From NCBI GenBank assembly GCA_043228905.1, contig JBHGNT010000009.1:5580001-5644000 (forward strand): a stretch of DNA of 64,000 nt, in the 5' to 3' direction. A program made the translations under genes and the position numbers. Shown here one piece after another: positions 60,027 to 64,000 of the stretch (its first letter is position 1; each line of letters opens with the position of its first letter). The notes beneath the pieces are model-generated. The model was not told the origin of the DNA, did not search any database, and saw nothing but the letters and a program-made list of their open reading frames with translations. The stretch is from Azolla caroliniana (taxonomy: Eukaryota > Plantae > Polypodiophyta).

Positions 60027-62747
60027 GTATAAATATGGCTTAGGGCAATCACTCTATGCGTGTTGTAATTGCTGTATAGAGCGAGAGCGACTTAGAGAGA
60101 GTGTGAGATACAGAGAAATACTCTGTTGTAACTGCCGGTTGGCGAAGAAACAGAGCTCGAGGTCATTGCCTCCAAGGCTCTAATAGTCGGAGTCTCTGGG
60201 CTCCTGTGATTTTTCCCATTCAGGTTTTTCCACGTAAACATCTTGTGTACTTCTATTCGCATTCATGTGTTGCACTCTTATGGAAGTAATTCAAGACTCG
60301 ATCGTGGCTGAGCAGTATTCCACACTATTCCTCAAAAACTGGTATCAGAGCAAACAACACAGAAGATGGAAGAATCGTTTGGCAGCATGTTAAACCTCAC
60401 CGGCTCCAACTACTCAGTTTGGAAGTCGAAGATGAGGGATATGCTGGTGGTTAAAGATCTTTGGTTGCCGGATCAGTTTGGGGACAAGAGATCGGATAAT
60501 ATCGACACCACAATGTCGGAGGTGATGCACATGAAGACGATGACATACATCATGTGCTTCATCGACATGAGCCTGTACAACAATTTCAACGACGAGAGAA
60601 AGGGAATGTCGGCAATCACGACAAGTGAAGAAGAATTGATGCTCATTACCGAAGAGAATGAGTTAAACCTTGTCGGTGAAGAGACAACATGGGTTGTTGA
60701 TTCGGGAGCGTCATTCCACCTGACACCGGATCGGAAATGCTTCTCATCCTACACAGCTTGTGATCATGGTTGTGTCCGGATGGGGAATGAAGGTACATGC
60801 CAAATTATCTGCATAGGAGATGTGTTGTTGACGACATCAACCGGATGCAAATTGCAGCTAAAGGATGTCCAACATGTTCCGGACGTTCGACTTAACCTGA
60901 TATCAGCCAGTCGGCTAGATGATGAAGGCTACACGGGTAGCATCCGGAACGTTGTTATGAAGTTCAACAAGGGAAGCTTGATAGTGGCTCGAGCCTGGAA
61001 GATCAACACACTTTGCTTGATGAATGCTCGGATATGCCGGGAAGAAGTGAACGTAGCATCCGACACTACCGGTGAGCTGTGCCACAAAAGATTATGTCAC
61101 ATGAGTGAGAAGGGGATGAAGAGGCTTGCCAAAGACAATCTTATTCCGGTAAAGGACGTGCAACTTGAGAAGTGCACCGATTGCTTGGCCGGCAAGCAAA
61201 ACCGAACCTCCTTCTAGTCAAGACCACCGATGAGACAGAATCCACCACTGGAGCTGGTGCATACCGATGTATGTCAAGTGGACACAAAGTCACATCCCAG
61301 ATCGCAGTACTTTGTGACGTTCATACATGACCATAGCCGGAAGTTGTGGGTTTCTCCATGGAAGACGAAGGATCAGGCGCTATCCGTCTACAAGGAGCTC
61401 GACACGAGAGTGGAAAGAGAAACCGGCCGGAAGCTGAAGGTGGTTCGACCAGATAATGTAGGAGAATACCAAGAGCAGTTTGAGGAGTACTGCCTGTTGC
61501 AGGGAATTCGGCTTGAGTTTACTATGCCGAAGACGCCGGAACTAAACGGGTTGGCCGAAAGGATGAACCAGACCATAATGGAGAGAGTCCGGAGCATGCT
61601 AGCACATGCAAAGTTACCCAAAACGTTTTGGGTTGAGGCGCTACTCACCTCAGAAAGTTCAGGTGTCTCGCATATGGGCATGTTGCAAAGGACAAGAGAG
61701 CCAAGTTGGATCTGAAGTCCAAGCCATGCATATTCTTTGGAAATGGCGATGATGAGTTCGGCATCTGGTCGACAAGAAGGTGTTCTGGAGTCGGGTCATA
61801 GTCTTCATGGAAGACAAGACCATTCCCGACTGGGAGTCAGAGAAGAAGGTGATGAACTCCAGAACATTCAATGAAAACCGGCTTGAGGACACAAGGACAT
61901 ACTCGGTTGAAAACCAGACGCTAGTCGGTAACTGGATGACACTCGACGAACCGACCAGATATGGACAAGAAACCGAAACGACTGAACAAGAAGAAGAAGA
62001 AGAAGACATTGGAACCGAACAAGATCCCAAATCGGATGAGGATGAGGAAGAAACGAAGGAACTAGCAATCAGAAACCAAGAATGGAAATATCCTCTCCGA
62101 GAGAGAAGAGCCCCAGAAGATTTCTTCGATGAGGGTGAGCCGGAAAGCTTCGAAGAAGCAAAGAGAGACACCCACAGCCGCAAGTGATTGAGTACCATGC
62201 AGGATGAGATGGATTCCCTGCGTGAGAACCACACATATGAACTAACGGAGTTGGCGAAAGGGAAGAGAGCACTCCGGAACAAGTGGGTGTACACGTTGAA
62301 ACCGGGAGATGACGGAAATACACCCAGGTATAAGACCCGAATCGTGGTGAAGGGCTTCCAACAGAAGAAAGGAGTGGACTTCGATGAGATCTTTGCCCCA
62401 TTAGTAAAGATGACATCCATCCAGACGATATTGGGCATAGCGGCAAACATGGACCTCGAGGTAGAGCAATTGGACGTCAAGACGGCATTCCTACATGGTG
62501 ACCTCTAAGAAGAGATCTACATGCATCAAATGGAAGGATTTGAGAGGAAAGGGAAGGCGCACCTGGTGTGCCGGCTGAAGAAGAGCATATACGGACTAAA
62601 GAAGGCTCCCTGGTAATGGTACCGGAAGTTCGACTCCTTCATGACCGACCAAGGGTACCACAAGACGAAGGCAGATCACCGTGTGTTTGTGAAGAAATTT
62701 GATGGAGGAGATTTTCTGATACTCCTCCTATATGTAGATCATATGTT

Positions 62748-63201
62748 GATCGTCGGACAAGACCAAGGCAAGATTCGGATGCTCAAGAAGGCTCTGAACC
62801 AGACCTTCTCAATAAAAGACTTGGGGCGGGCAAGATAGATATTGGGAATGCACATCATCCGGGACCGGTCGAAGAAGTTGTGGTTGTCACAGGAGAAGTA
62901 TGTGACAAAGGTGCTTCAACGGTTCAACATGTCGGAGGCGAAACCGGTCGGATCAACATTTCCGGCAAACTGCAGATCGTCGGACAAGACCAAGGCAAGA
63001 TTCGGATGCTCAAGAAGGCTCTGAACCAGACCTTCTCAATAAAAGACTTGGGGCGGGCAAGACAGATATTGGGAATGCACATCATCCGGGACCGGTCGAA
63101 GAAGTTGTGGTTGTCACAGGAGAAGTATGTGACAAAGGTGCTTCAACGGTTCAACATGTCGGAGGCGAAACCGGTCGGATCAACATTTCTGGCAAACTGC
63201 A
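62748..63201. repeat. 227-bp tandem duplication inside Copia-4 RT
   Basis: GATCGTCGGACAAGACC...GGCAAACTGCA repeated at 62748 and 62975. Confidence 0.92.
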
Positions 63202-64000
63202 AGCTATCCGGAAAACAAAGAACGAGGACAAAGGTGGAGAAGACAGATATGATGAAGATACCATATGCCTCTGCCGTCAAGAGCTTGATGTACATGATGG
63301 TATGTACCCAACGGGATATCAAATATGGAATCGGAGTGGTGATCCGGTTCATGAGCAATCCCAGAAGAGAGCACTAGAACGCGGTCAAGTGGATACTCAG
63401 GTATCTGAAAGGCACCTCGAGTATGTGCCTCTGGTTTAGCTCTGAAAAACCCCAACTCGATGGTTGCACAGATTTGGATATGTTGGTTGATGCAGATACT
63501 AGCTAGTCGACATTTTAGATATGTCATGACTTATGCAGGAGGAGTTGTATCATGGTAGTCGAGGCTGTAGAAGACGGTTGCATTGTAAACCATGGAGGCG
63601 GAGTACATGCTAGTTGTAGAAGCCGACAAGGAGATAATCTGGATGAAGGAATTCATCAGAGAGCATGGCAGTTGTAGAAGCCAGCAAGGAGATAATCTGG
63701 ATGAAGGACTTCATCAGAGAGCTAGGGATCCAACAGGAGGAATACCGGCTCTACTGTGATAGTCAAAGTGTCATCAACCTTGCAAAGAATGCGGCCTACC
63801 ATTCCTGGACGAAACATATCCAGCAAAGGTACCATTGGATCCGGGAGAAAGTAGAAAATCAAGAGTTTGTGATGACGAAGATCCACATGGAGGAGAATGA
63901 GTCGGATATGCTGACCAAGGTGTTGACAACCAACATGCTGGACGCGTGCCTAAAGCGGATCGGGCTAACAAGTCATCCCATGCCGGAGTGAAGGGGGAGA

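Larger units (their letters stand above)
54275..64000 (+). mobile_element. Copia element (Copia-4), degenerate; 5' LTR 54275-60337 split by Copia-3; runs to the PPT at the window end
   Basis: LTR TGTTGGG...CCTCAAAA, PBS TGGTATCAGAGC 60340-60351, gag (internally deleted)-PR-IN-RT-RH 60366-63991, PPT GAAGGGGGAGA at 63990-64000. Confidence 0.88.

Overview
Eukaryotic land-plant genomic DNA, most likely a fern or lycophyte (inferred from the PLS-type PPR remnant and the LTR lineages). The window is almost entirely a multi-layer nest of transposons with no intact host gene. It holds three copies of a tRNA-Trp-primed Ty3/Gypsy family; one of these (41978-49322) is very young, with a 4-bp TSD and a -1 frameshift/pseudoknot between Gag-PR and RT. 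There are also several degenerate Ty1/Copia elements (two full-length with TSDs), an Athila-like and a self-priming chromovirus-like fragment, two Mutator-type MITEs and an unclassified TIR element. The most unusual content is at 4486-13536. This is a three-exon, spliceosomal-intron-containing pseudogene of a prokaryote-type beta-class N6-adenine/N4-cytosine DNA methyltransferase. Its second exon is split by a 7.9-kb DNA transposon (17-bp TIRs, perfect 8-bp TSD) that encodes a P-element/THAP9-like DDE transposase fragment and carries about 6 kb of TA/CA microsatellite filler. All coordinates were read by eye and no database searches were run.
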